Notes: generated from the letters alone by a model not told the origin. DNA of 63,473 bases, filler included, from Octopus bimaculoides (GCF_001194135.2; 5 parts of 5 records of this genome joined end to end with filler, not necessarily neighbours in it); one strand, 5' to 3'. Positions 39,158 through 50,749 are shown, numbered from the whole stretch's first letter. Translations and numbers: made by a program.

Positions 39158-39269
39158 CATACAGAAGTATGTATATATGTTTTGATTTACATATATATGT
39201 ACATGATTTACTTATATATGTACATACATCAAGTAGAGTGTGCGTGGGAAATAACAGTTTACTCAGAGT

Positions 39270-39985
39270 AGCTGCACTCACCTTCCATCACAGCCTCAAG
39301 ACAGTTCTGAAACCTGGTACATGCATTTCTGACTGTGCCCCTGGGAAGATCTACAAATACCTCCTTGATCTTGGCCACCAGCTCAGCCTTTATGTTGCAG
39401 GCAGAGTGGTTGGTGTCTTTCTCAACCATGCCCAAAATTTAGCTATCCATGAGGTTACAATCAAGGAAATTAGGTAACCAGAAACTGGGGCTGGTGGAGT
39501 CATAGAAATTCTCTGAAAACCACTTCTGGCTCTCTTTCTGGAGATGTAGCAAGCAACCAAATCCTGCAGCCATTTATGTGGCCTTCTATCAAAAACCCTC
39601 TTCAGACAGGGATTGACCACAACGTCCAACAGCTTCACAGCTGTCTGCCTTGGGACCCTGTTCTTAGTTGTGGGGATGAACTCCAGCAAGTGGACACAGT
39701 CAGAACACTTGTTGTGTTGTTTCCTGCTGGTCACAGCTTCGTAGTCTCCTTTGTAGCTATCCATGTCACATCTAACAGCTATTGTATTGTTTATAGAGTA
39801 TTGAATATCAGTCATTATGTTGGCAATTTTATACCCGGCATGAACCATAATACAGGTAACTATTTTCCAATATTCAGATGGTTTCCAGTCCTCCATATCA
39901 GCTAACTTTTCCTCAACTACAACTTGAATCTTTATGCTCTCCAACAGCATTAACTGTTCACTAATACATCAAGCTGTTCCTGTTG
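39270..39985 (-). mobile_element. Tc1/mariner deletion derivative, same family as 11948-12726, CpG-decayed, ends eroded
   Basis: ORF 39390-39950 aligns by eye with ORF 12208-12558 (IMVHAGYK vs MMIRAGYK; RCDMDS vs RRDMND; EFI) and the sequences are similar at DNA level. Confidence 0.85.
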
Positions 39986-40929
39986 TGTATCTGCTATGCC
40001 TGTGTATATACACACACCCTAGCAAATATACACATATGCATCAACAAGCTGATGCCATCAGCTCTCACGCACACTCCAGCATATAAACACATGCATCCTA
40101 TCCCCACATGCATAGCAGTTACACATACATAAGCATTAGACACCTACATTTACACACCCAAGTATTTGATGTACACACATGCACACACATACCCTTGCTG
40201 GCCATGTATCTGATGTCTCACAAGCTCCTTCAAAGACTGGCCTGACAACAAGAAGCTACTAGTTTCCAGTCCAGTCACACACTCCAAGAAATTCTTCTTT
40301 TTAATGCATTTGGTGACACTGGAATGTCAATCTCACTTCTAATATCATTAACTCACATTGACCAATAGTAGACCAATTTCCAGGGATCCCTTCTGTTATT
40401 GTCACAGTTTTATTAAGTTTAAAATTAAATGAACATTTTTCAATTTATTATATTGATATAATTCTTTATGCTGACTCTGATTTTGTTTATTAACTTGTTC
40501 CAGAAAAATTTTGGAAAAATGTTACAGTAGTTTAAAGTTTGATATCTTTTACTCAATCAGGAAAAAGGATTTGGAAGCTGGCATTTTCTGCGTGGTAGCT
40601 GTCTATCACAAAATGAAAGCAAAAACATTGTGATGAATTTTTATTAAATAAAATGAAAGTAAAACAATACGATGACAAAAGCTGTTAGAAGTTTTGAAGT
40701 TTCAATAAATTTTAATAAATACAGTCATGTGAAACAAGTATGTAAACAATTTAGAATGGCAAAATCCTCAAAGAAAATCTTTTTGCAAAAAATTACAAAA
40801 AAAAACAAAAAATAATTTAGTAGCAAACATAAGTTCATGTAAAAAATTAATACATTGTTTGTTGTAAAAATCCAAGAACAAAAGTTTGACACTCTAAGAG
40901 CTTCTAATCCAAATTACAATTACAATTAC

Positions 40930-42060
40930 AATTGCTGCACCACATAATCTCACAGAGATACGAGTCATCCAATGTCATTTATTCCCTTATTTTATACAGA
41001 CCCATGTGTCTTCCACTTGTTGCATGCAAGTACCATCTTTCAAGTTAATAAACACAGTGCTGTGGTTCACTCTTCTACATCAAAAATTATAACCGTGAAT
41101 TCCAGGTGCATGACAGTAGGCCCTCTATAAGTCACTGAAAATCATAGTTCCTGAAAGAACTGATTGACCTGTGCATTCCTCTAGTGTGTCGTGATTCTAA
41201 CATGGCACTGCATAAAAAAAAAACATGCTTAGTCTCATGACACACTCTTCTGAAAACCCACTACACAAGTAACACTCCTCCTCAGTTGTATTTACATCTT
41301 GAGAAGACTGTTTTGTCTATCTTAACAACATTACTGGGACTGCCTATCTGAACTGGATAGGTTCCCCCGCACATATTTCAAGAATATAGCTGTTGAAATC
41401 AATAGCTGTGCTATAGCACACCCATTTCTTTGACTCATAAGTAAAAGAAAAGCAGTATGGTCCTAAGAGGATGGGTGCCACTTTACAACCACATTTTTCT
41501 TTTCTGACAGACACACACTGCATCCTTTTCAGGAGCTACTACAGTAAATTTTCCCACATGGCATCTTCATCATTCAGTGTCTTTTTGTACATGTTGCAAG
41601 AAGGCAAAAAATAAGGCCGCTCTTGATATGAATAGTTGAAACAATGTATTCAGCTTCCCCCAAATCAATAGAACATAACAGTTGTACCCACACTTGTGTG
41701 CTACCCATGCTGCAGAACTTGACAGTTGTACTTACTCTTGTACCTGTAGGTACAACCATATCTACAGAGAAATTACATATCCTAAACAATTTCTTCCATA
41801 GTTCTGCCACTCTCAATGCCCTGACAAAGAAAGAGGATGTTCAAAAACCCAGCTTGCTGATGTGGCATCACTTCCTCTCACTTCCATTTCCGACATCTTC
41901 CATTCTTTCACCATTCATACTTTCTTTTAGAGGTAATATCCTTCTCTTACAAGTAATAAACCGCATTCTCCTCAATTTTCAATTTCTTCATCATAACTGT
42001 GATCTGTCAAGTTCTGCTGATGTCCATGAAGAAAAGTTGAATACACTGTTACAATTTTCC
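40930..42060 (-). pseudogene. Merlin/IS1595-family DDE transposase remnant
   Basis: Broken frames give VSVRK..WL.SGTHPLRTILLFFYL, STAIDFNSYILEIC, AVP..NHDTLEEC..QSVLSGTMIFSDL.RAY, GY...RVNHS.VFI...DGTCMQQVEDTW. Confidence 0.8.
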
Positions 42061-42189
42061 ATATCAAGTTAAGAACAGCTTATTTTTTTACCTTCCTGCT
42101 ACAGGCTATTTCAGAATTCCATTTATTTGTCATGAAGATATATGTTCCTTCTTTTTCTTTCCTGCTTTTCTACTGCCAACACGTGTGAT

Positions 42190-42790
42190 AGCTTTGGAGT
42201 TTAGGATTAGTAATGATGTTTTGAGACCATTTGCTGGGGAAGGTGACATGGTAACCAGAATAAAAATGGTAAAGCTTGTGGAGAAATTGTAGGGCATTCA
42301 ACTTAGAGGGAAATGTGCTAACTCTGTATCTAAAAATGAATAAAGCACATCAGATAAAAGCGGAGAAAATTGAAAAATGTCTGAAGGATGCAGAAGGACA
42401 CTTCAAATCCTACAGTAAGCTTGGGAGAGTGAAGGGGACAGACAAGCAAGTTGATGAGTAAAATAAGGATATATCTGGGTTAGCTGGGTTTACCCATGCA
42501 ATGATGGAGCAGATTGTAAAGCTGGCTTTTGTGACTGGGTTTCCCAATCACATCTCAGTGTGGTTGCAACATATGCAGGACATTAACATGATGTCAGTGA
42601 GTGATCTAATGGACAAGAAATGAGTGTTAACACACAATGACACATGTGATGTTGTGGTAATGGTGAGGGCAGACATGAACAGGATGAAGTGACAGGCAGC
42701 TAGCATAAATAGGGTATGGCAAGGTGGATAGCAAGGGTATAACAAGGTATCGGTATCTTCAAATGGTCAGAGATGGTACAGAACCAAAAT
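42190..42790 (+). mobile_element. Gypsy-type LTR-retrotransposon gag fragment inside the Merlin element
   Basis: SNDVLRPFAGEGDMVTRIKMVKLV, LEGNVLTLYLKM...AEKIEKCLKDA..GHFKSYSKLGRVK...QVD, LAGF...MEQIVKLAFVTGFP.HIS, resembling an invertebrate Gypsy gag family. Confidence 0.7.
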
Positions 42791-42799
42791 CTGAAGAAG

Positions 42800-43290
42800 T
42801 GAGTTATTAATGTGCCCAGCATGGAACAACATACAGCCCAGTGATCACCAAATTCCTCTCCTGCCATCCGTCACACTGCCCAAGCATATTAATTCCTACC
42901 ACTAGATTAATTCCCACTACTACATTGATGCTATTATTAACTGCACTCACTTGTAGCTTCATCAACATCTCTTGTACCTCTAGCTCTGATTGACTGATTC
43001 TCCTGCACCTAACCTCCTTTCCATCCACCACACTGAGGTTTGTTTTCCCTCTTCAGCTCTCAAACATCAGGGTTGTTGTGCAATCCATATCGACAAAGGC
43101 TTGTGCTTCTGTTGCTGCTACCAGAATCCTTATTACAAGCAATGAATGGTGGCATGCCCTTAATCGGTTGTGGAGAGAGTTAGCAGTGCAATAATTCCTT
43201 TCTCCTTATTTACTTGTTTGCAATGGCTGGCTATGTGCCGAAGCTGGACACATCAGTAATTCATCACTTCAGAGTTACCAATCTTCATGT
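42800..43290 (-). mobile_element. Gypsy zinc-knuckle and aspartic-protease fragment, inverted relative to gag
   Basis: Minus strand: SSFGHIASHCKQV (CCHC knuckle remnant), AQAFVDMDCTTT (DTG-like site), VDGKEVRCR...ELEV...VVVG.N. Confidence 0.7.
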
Positions 43291-43717
43291 TTTCTTAAGT
43301 TTTCGATTTGTATATTTAATGTAGTTTTGTATTATACAGTAACGTATACATATGTATTATATTCCTGTAAATACTTTTATACTAAACAACACCAGTACAC
43401 AAAATTTTAAAACAATTCAAACAAAATTCTCAAAAATGGAAAACTGTGACAGTAAAAGAAAAGATCCATTTCCAGTAGCCATTTTGGGCTTCTTGCATCT
43501 CACAGTTTTCCATCTGAGCTCAAAGAGTTCAGTTTCTGTAAGAAACCAACAAAACAGTTCAATGGAACTGAATGAAACTTTTAAATAATAATGCATGTAA
43601 CTCTTATAACATAAGTTGAGTGATCTTTTCTTTCTTTTGTTCACTCACTTGTGTATACATACACATGTATACACACACGCACACACACACACACACACAC
43701 ACTCACACACACACACA

Positions 43718-43770
<53 letters not shown>

Positions 43771-44873
43771 NNNNNNNNNNNNNNNNNNNNNNNNNNNNNN
43801 NNNNNNNNNNNNNNNNNNNNNNNNNNNNNNNNNNNNNNNNNNNNNNNNNNNNNNNNNNNNNNNNNNNNNNNNNNNNNNNNNNNNNNNNNNNNNNNNNNNN
43901 NNNNNNNNNNNNNNNNNNNNNNNNNNNNNNNNNNNNNNNNNNNNNNNNNNNNNNNNNNNNNNNNNNNNNNNNNNNNNNNNNNNNNNNNNNNNNNNNNNNN
44001 NNNNNNNNNNNNNNNNNNNNNNNNNNNNNNNNNNNNNNNNNNNNNNNNNNNNNNNNNNNNNNNNNNNNNNNNNNNNNNNNNNNNNNNNNNNNNNNNNNNN
44101 NNNNNNNNNNTATCATAAATAGCTGTTACTTGATAGCGGGTGTGCTAGAAATAGCAGCCAAATATCTAGAGGTGCGATACATTGAATGCACTCCAAAAAA
44201 CCATTGGAAAAAAAAAACTATTTCTCACTTAGGTTACGAACAAGTCTTTTACAAAATGTTTACCATATTTTTAAAGTCGTTTTCACTTTAAAATATTTTT
44301 TAGATATGCCAAAAAAAAATTTTGTAGTGATATTCACTTGAAAATATTTCGAAAAGGTCTCACTCTTACGTATATATTTAAGTATAAATAAAATTACCCC
44401 TTTGCAAAGAAAAAAATTAAAATATTATCTGTTTAAAGAAAGCTAAAATATAAATACTTACTGTACAAACAACTTACATTTCTGAAATCACATTCACATG
44501 AAAATATCTCTAAATGATTAAAATATTGTGTTTAACAAAAGCAAGAATAGAAACATTTACTGTAGAAAAGAGAAATGGTATTTTTTCATTGTCAACTCAC
44601 TGTCTAATAGAAAGATAAGAGTTTCTTCTCTTTCAGGATAAGGATTATTTTCAGAACATTTTCCCATTATGTGCCGTTTTGAGTATTTATACTCCGAAAA
44701 TCTCTAATATCTCGAAAACCACCTTACCAATTTATGCAAAACGTGTTTCATTCTGTTCGTATTAACATTTCAGGGTTAACTTAATTCATAGTATTTTCCC
44801 ATTATACACCAGTTTGGGTGAGTAACATTGCAAGCAAGCAAGATTCAAACCGACTTTTAATGTATTATATATA

Positions 44874-44909
<36 letters not shown>

Positions 44910-44934
44910 TGTGTGCATGTGCATGTGCATGTGC

Positions 44935-44968
<34 letters not shown>

Positions 44969-45059
44969 NNNNNNNNNNNNNNNNNNNNNNNNNNNNNNNN
45001 NNNNNNNNNNNNTTAATTAATTAANNNNNNNNNNNNNNNNNNNNNNNNNNNNNNNNNNN

Positions 45060-45132
45060 NNNNNNNNNAGGAGGAGAAGGAGAAGGATCAAAAGCAGAAG
45101 GAGGGGGTGGAGGACGAAGACGACAATGGCGG

Positions 45133-45180
<48 letters not shown>

Positions 45181-45188
45181 CCATGATA

Positions 45189-45226
<38 letters not shown>

Positions 45227-45240
45227 AAGGACAATAATGG
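45060..45240. repeat. (GAT)n / GA-rich low-complexity tract
   Basis: Direct inspection. Confidence 0.9.
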
Positions 45241-45540
45241 CAGTGACAAAAAGTATTCATGACAAAAGCTGCGGTGTGTAAGGGAGACGTGGATGTGTGT
45301 TTGGTTGAGGAAAGAGGAGAGGAATAGAGAGAGTGGAGGGAGGAGGAGAGATAAAGTGGGAGAGGAAGAGGGAGAGAGAAGAAGAGAGAGACAGAGAGAG
45401 ACAGAGAGTTTGTGTGTAAATCATACAGAGAGGGAGAGAGAAAAAGTAGTTAATATTACTAGGAATTGGGTAACAGAAGTTATAGTTAAATATTATAGCT
45501 CATAGACAGACAGATAGACAGACAGATGTGTGTGTGTGTG

Positions 45541-45582
<42 letters not shown>

Positions 45583-45638
45583 CAAAATGGCAGATCGTTA
45601 GCAAGGAGGGACACACATATAAGAAAGAAGAAAGCAAA

Positions 45639-45683
45639 GGACCACTGATGAGGTCACATAAGTGTGACGAAAGAACTCTGGCC
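45639..45683 (+). ncRNA. Minimal hammerhead-like motif
   Basis: GGACCA-CUGAUGA-G-GUCACA-UAAG-UGUGAC-GAAA-GAAC-UC-UGGCC: perfect 6-bp stem II, short stem I, weak stem III. Confidence 0.6.
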
Positions 45684-46022
45684 AAAATACGATTAATATA
45701 AAATAATGATGAGGCAAGTGAACACCAAATATACAGCGCGTGTGTTTTCATTAGCTAGATTGGCAACATGACCGTCCCCAAATACAACTCTATCTGTTTC
45801 AACACACGATTTCGCATCAAGAATCATGCAAAACGAATATATAAGCGTATATATGTATATATATATATATGCATGTATGTGTGTTTGTGTGTCTGTGTTT
45901 GTCCCCCCAACATCGATTGACAATGTTGCTTGACAATCGCTTGACAATCGATGCTGGTTTGTTTACGTCCCCGTAAGTTAGACCTGTATAAAATCTATTA
46001 GTTTCCTAATAAGAAACTATTA

Positions 46023-46062
<40 letters not shown>

Positions 46063-46959
46063 NNNNNNNNNNNNNNNNNNNNNNNNNNNNNNNNNNNNNN
46101 NNNNNNNNNNNNNNNNNNNNNNNNNNNNNNNNNNNNNNNNNNNNNNNNNNNNNNNNNNNNNNNNNNNNNNNNNNNNNNNNNNNNNNNNNNNNNNNNNNNN
46201 NNNNNNNNNNNNNNNNNNNNNNNNNNNNNNNNNNNNNNNNNNNNNNNNNNNNNNNNNNNNNNNNNNNNNNNNNNNNNNNNNNNNNNNNNNNNNNNNNNNN
46301 NNNNNNNNNNNNNNNNNNNNNNNNNNNNNNNNNNNNNNNNNNNNNNNNNNNNNNNNNNNNNNNNNNNNNNNNNNNNNNNNNNNNNNNNNNNNNNNNNNNN
46401 NNNNNNNNNNNNNNNNNNNNNNNNNNNNNNNNNNNNNNNNNNNNNNNNNNNNNNNNNNNNNNNNNNNNNNNNNNNNNNNNNNNNNNNNNNNNNNNNNNNN
46501 NNNNNNNNNNNNNNNNNNNNNNNNNNNNNNNNNNNNNNNNNNNNNNNNNNNNNNNNNNNNNNNNNNNNNNNNNNNNNNNNNNNNNNNNNNNNNNNNNNNN
46601 NNNNNNNNNNNNNNNNNNNNNNNNNNNNNNNNNNNNNNNNNNNNNNNNNNNNNNNNNNNNNNNNNNNNNNNNNNNNNNNNNNNNNNNNNNNNNNNNNNNN
46701 NNNNNNNNNNNNNNNNNNNNNNNNNNNNNNNNNNNNNNNNNNNNNNNNNNNNNNNNNNNNNNNNNNNNNNNNNNNNNNNNNNNNNNNNNNNNNNNNNNNN
46801 NNNNNNNNNNNNNNNNNNNNNNNNNNNNNNNNNNNNNNNNNNNNNNNNNNNNNNNNNNNNNNNNNNNNNNNNNNNNNNNNNNNNNNNNNNNNNNNNNNNN
46901 NNNNNNNNNNNNNNNNNNNNNNNNNNNNNNNNNNNNNNNNNNNNNNNNNNNNNNNNNNN

Positions 46960-47016
<57 letters not shown>

Positions 47017-47017
47017 C

Positions 47018-47065
<48 letters not shown>

Positions 47066-47066
47066 A

Positions 47067-47107
<41 letters not shown>

Positions 47108-47108
47108 C

Positions 47109-47163
<55 letters not shown>

Positions 47164-47197
47164 CATCCATCCTTCTATCTATCTATCTATCTATCTA
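46960..47197. repeat. (ATCT)n microsatellite
   Basis: Direct inspection. Confidence 0.95.
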
Positions 47198-47425
47198 TGG
47201 ACAACTTCCAGAGATCCCTGGCCTAGCAGCGCTATCGAGAAGCGCTACTCGTTCGGGATAAGCTCTACAGGCATGGCTCGAGAAACACGGGGCCGACCTG
47301 CCCGAGATGCGGTCAGAGCGACGAAACCGTTCTGCACGCACTCGTACACTGTCCAACCATTTCCGACCTGTCGGCCTATGTCGAACGACTGTTATCTCGT
47401 GTGGATCGAGTCAGTTTATCAACCG
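47198..47425 (+). mobile_element. L1/Tx1-clade LINE fragment encoding the C-terminal zinc knuckle (zf-RVT-like)
   Basis: [25 protein letters not shown]...CPRCGQSDETVLHALVHC (CX2CX8HX4C); one in-frame stop. Confidence 0.8.
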
Positions 47426-47553
47426 AGTCTATTTTCATTCTCTTTCTCTCTTTCTCTCTCTCTCTCTTTCCCTTCCTCTCTTCGTCTCTTTCTTACTCTC
47501 ATTCTCTTTCTTTCGCTCCCTCTCCTTCTCTTCCTCTCTTATGCAGTTTCTCT

Positions 47554-47602
<49 letters not shown>

Positions 47603-47695
47603 TCCTCTGCCTCACACTTTCTCTCTTTCCCTCTTTCTCTTCCTCTCTTCGTTTCTTACTTTTTATTCTCTTTCTTTCGCTCTCTCTCCCTCACT

Positions 47696-47729
<34 letters not shown>

Positions 47730-47754
47730 AATACTCTGTCTCACACTATCTCTT

Positions 47755-47803
<49 letters not shown>

Positions 47804-47963
47804 TCCTCTCCTACTAGCTTTCTTAATTCATTCTCTCTCTTACTCTTCCTTTCTTATGTACTTTCTTTCTATCTCTCTTTCTCTCTCTCTTTCTATTGCT
47901 TTATCTCACACTTTCTCTCTTTTCCTTCCTTACTATATATTTTGCTTTCATTCTCTCTTTCGT

Positions 47964-47994
<31 letters not shown>

Positions 47995-48000
47995 GTTATT
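47426..48000. repeat. Long degenerate (CT)n polypyrimidine tract
   Basis: Direct inspection. Confidence 0.9.
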
Positions 48001-48629
48001 ACGCCCCCTCTTCTTCCCTCCATCTCCCTACTTCTTCCCCCCCCCCCGCCATCCAACCTGACGCCAGTTACCAATAATATCAAGACACTGTTTATCGTTC
48101 TTGTAGCGATGCTCCGTTCCCGATGCGTCTTCTTGTCTAATTAATGATGTCTCTTATCTGTTCCATAATTACTATCATGAATATTATCATTGTTTTTGGT
48201 ATCATCACCATCATCATCATCATCATCATCATCATCGTCGTCGTCGTCGTCGTCGTCATCATCGTCATCATTCTCACCATCATTATTACTTGGTGCCAGA
48301 GATTGCAGTTATTGTAATTTTAAAAGAAAAAGAAATGCATATACATACAAACAAACAAACAAACATAATATACATATACATATGTAATATGAATATATAT
48401 ATATATGCATATGTATATGTATATACATATACATTTACTTATATACATATACATTTACTTATATACATATACATATACATATATATATATNNNNNNNNNN
48501 GTGTATGTATGTATGTATGTATATATATAAGATCTATACATATACGATGAAAATGAGAGAGAATTTAGAAAAATATTATAACAGCAAAAAAAACAAAGAC
48601 AACAGCCTCACCAACAACATTAACAATAC

Positions 48630-48631
48630 CA

Positions 48632-48673
<42 letters not shown>

Positions 48674-48693
48674 TAATGATAATGATAATGATA

Positions 48694-48752
<59 letters not shown>
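48630..48752. repeat. (AAT)n grading into (GAT)n
   Basis: Direct inspection. Confidence 0.9.
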
Positions 48753-48754
<2 letters not shown>

Positions 48755-49119
48755 CTTTATATAATAATAGTAAAAACAACGACACTTGTGAAAACGGTGA
48801 CAGCATCAATAATGATGAGGATAAGGATGAGGATGTCGACGATGACGGCGACGGCAATGATTTGCCGCAAGTGCACAATAAAAACGTGTCGTTTAAATAG
48901 ACCAGAGATTATAATTGTCAAAAAAAAAAAAAAGGAAAAAAAACCCGAAAGCAAGCTTTTGGATCTGAAATTCGCTTTCTTTCCATTAATAAAGTATAAA
49001 AATAAACAGAGAAAAATGTGACCAACAATGCATGATAATATATAAAAAAATAAAATGATAATGAGTATGATGATGATGATGATGATGAAAGAGATTATTA
49101 TTATTATTATTATTATTAT

Positions 49120-49295
49120 CATGCTTAGTGGTATTTCATCTGTTTTCATGTTCTGAGTTCAAATTCCACCGAGATCGACCTTGCCTTTCATCCTTTCGGG
49201 GTCGATAAAATAAGTACCGGTTGAACACTGGGGTCGATATAGTTTACTTGCCCCCCTCCCCCAGATTTCAGGCCCTTGTACCTTTAGTAGAAAGG
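49120..49295 (+). mobile_element. tRNA-derived SINE (family A, 5' truncated) followed by (ATT)n to about 49470
   Basis: ATGCTTAGTGGTATTTC...GAGTTCAAATTCCACCGAG...TTTAGTAGAAAGGATTATT. Confidence 0.85.
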
Positions 49296-49332
49296 ATTAT
49301 TATTATTATTATCATTATTATTATTATTATTA

Positions 49333-49378
<46 letters not shown>

Positions 49379-49391
49379 CATCATCATCATC

Positions 49392-49458
<67 letters not shown>

Positions 49459-49904
49459 TTATTATTTTTATTACGCTAGTGGATACTAATTTAGTTTGTA
49501 GGTATTTTATCTCGAGGTTGGGTGACAACAAGTCTCTTCAAATCTCAAGACTCTATCGTGGGATTCTTGCAGAGCATAGGAGGATAAAATCCATTGATTT
49601 TTCAGCAAATGGAATTACAACTCAAAGTACCGATATTTAAGATAAACGAAGCATATCTACCTTGAGATTGTGATTCAGGAATAGTATAAAACAGGAAATA
49701 AAAAGCGGTTAATTCAAGTATTATTACATCTAATGACGTCATATATTAGGTACAAACAGTTAGAGTTTAGACTGATTGACTGCTTAACTTCCATTTTGAA
49801 TTGCATCTAAAAAAGCAGGTATGTTCTAGCTGCACAATGAAGCTTGGCTACAAGAAATATTTCAATTCAGCAGATAAAAATATAATAGAATAAAAGTATA
49901 AACA

Positions 49905-50070
49905 GACAGGAGTGGCTGTGTGGTAAGTAGCTTGCTTACCAACCACATGGTTCCGGTTTCAGTCCTCCTGCGTGGCACCTTGGGCAAGTGTCTTCTACTA
50001 TAGCCTCGGGCCGACCAAAGCTTTGTGAGTGGATTTGGCAGACGGAAACTGAAAGAAGCCCGTCGTATAT
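49905..50070 (+). mobile_element. tRNA-derived SINE (family B), CpG-intact copy
   Basis: GGAGTGGCTGTGTGGTAAG (A-box-like), GGTTCCGGTTTCAGTCC (B-box-like), body ending GAAGCCCGTCG(TA)n. Confidence 0.9.
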
Positions 50071-50749
50071 ATATATATATATATATATNNNNNNNNNNNN
50101 NNNNNNNNNNNNNNNNNNNNNNNNNNNNNNNNTTAATTAATTAANNNNNNNNNNNNNNNNNNNNNNNNNNNNNNNNNNNNNNNNNNNNAAGATACATTAT
50201 TCGGCATCTTGCCAGCAATTACTGTTTCCCCCCATAGGGGAAACACACGATAGTTTTCAAACGAAGACTATCACACAATAGTTATGACAAGAACACACAA
50301 AAACAGTTAATGGAAACTTGCACTTACTGTACAGACGCACTCAAATAACTAGTAACAATCCAATCTCACGGAGTCGCTACACCGCTAAGCACCTCAACCG
50401 GTGTCACACAGACGAAATACCGCTAAGCATTTCGCTCAGCATGGTAACGTTCGCGCCAACTCGCCGCCGTAAATGAAAGCAGATGTTACATGTTATTGAA
50501 TATTTCATATCGGAAATCCGAAATAGGTGTGGCTGCAATAAATTCCGCAATCGGTCAGTGGATGCAAATCATATGTCTGAAAGCTACCAGACCGAATATA
50601 GGATGACCAGATATTGAATGATCGATAAATCCCAACACTGAGAATTTGGACGACCTAAAATAAAGACGGTTACCTTACAGAAATCTTGGAAGATCGAAAA
50701 CGTAAAATAGAGAAAGCTCGATAGCAAAAACCGCACCAATTGATGCTCT

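Larger units (their letters stand above)
40384..43467 (-). mobile_element. Merlin (IS1595/ISXO2-like) DNA transposon with about 29-bp TIRs and 8-bp TSD
   Basis: TIRs GGATCCCTTCTGTTATTGTCACAGTTTT and rc GGATCTTTTCTTTTACTGTCACAGTTTT; exact TSD ATTTCCAG at 40376-40383 and 43468-43475. Confidence 0.9.

Noticed and set aside
45021-45260. Poly-His, poly-Ile, poly-Met, HT/YI/CV and LS-repeat ORFs throughout the window
   Set aside because: Translations of microsatellites with no complex coding sequence or splice support.
49905-49980. tRNA-like A/B boxes in SINE heads
   Set aside because: No cloverleaf, and each continues into a shared SINE body; these are retroposons, not tRNA genes.
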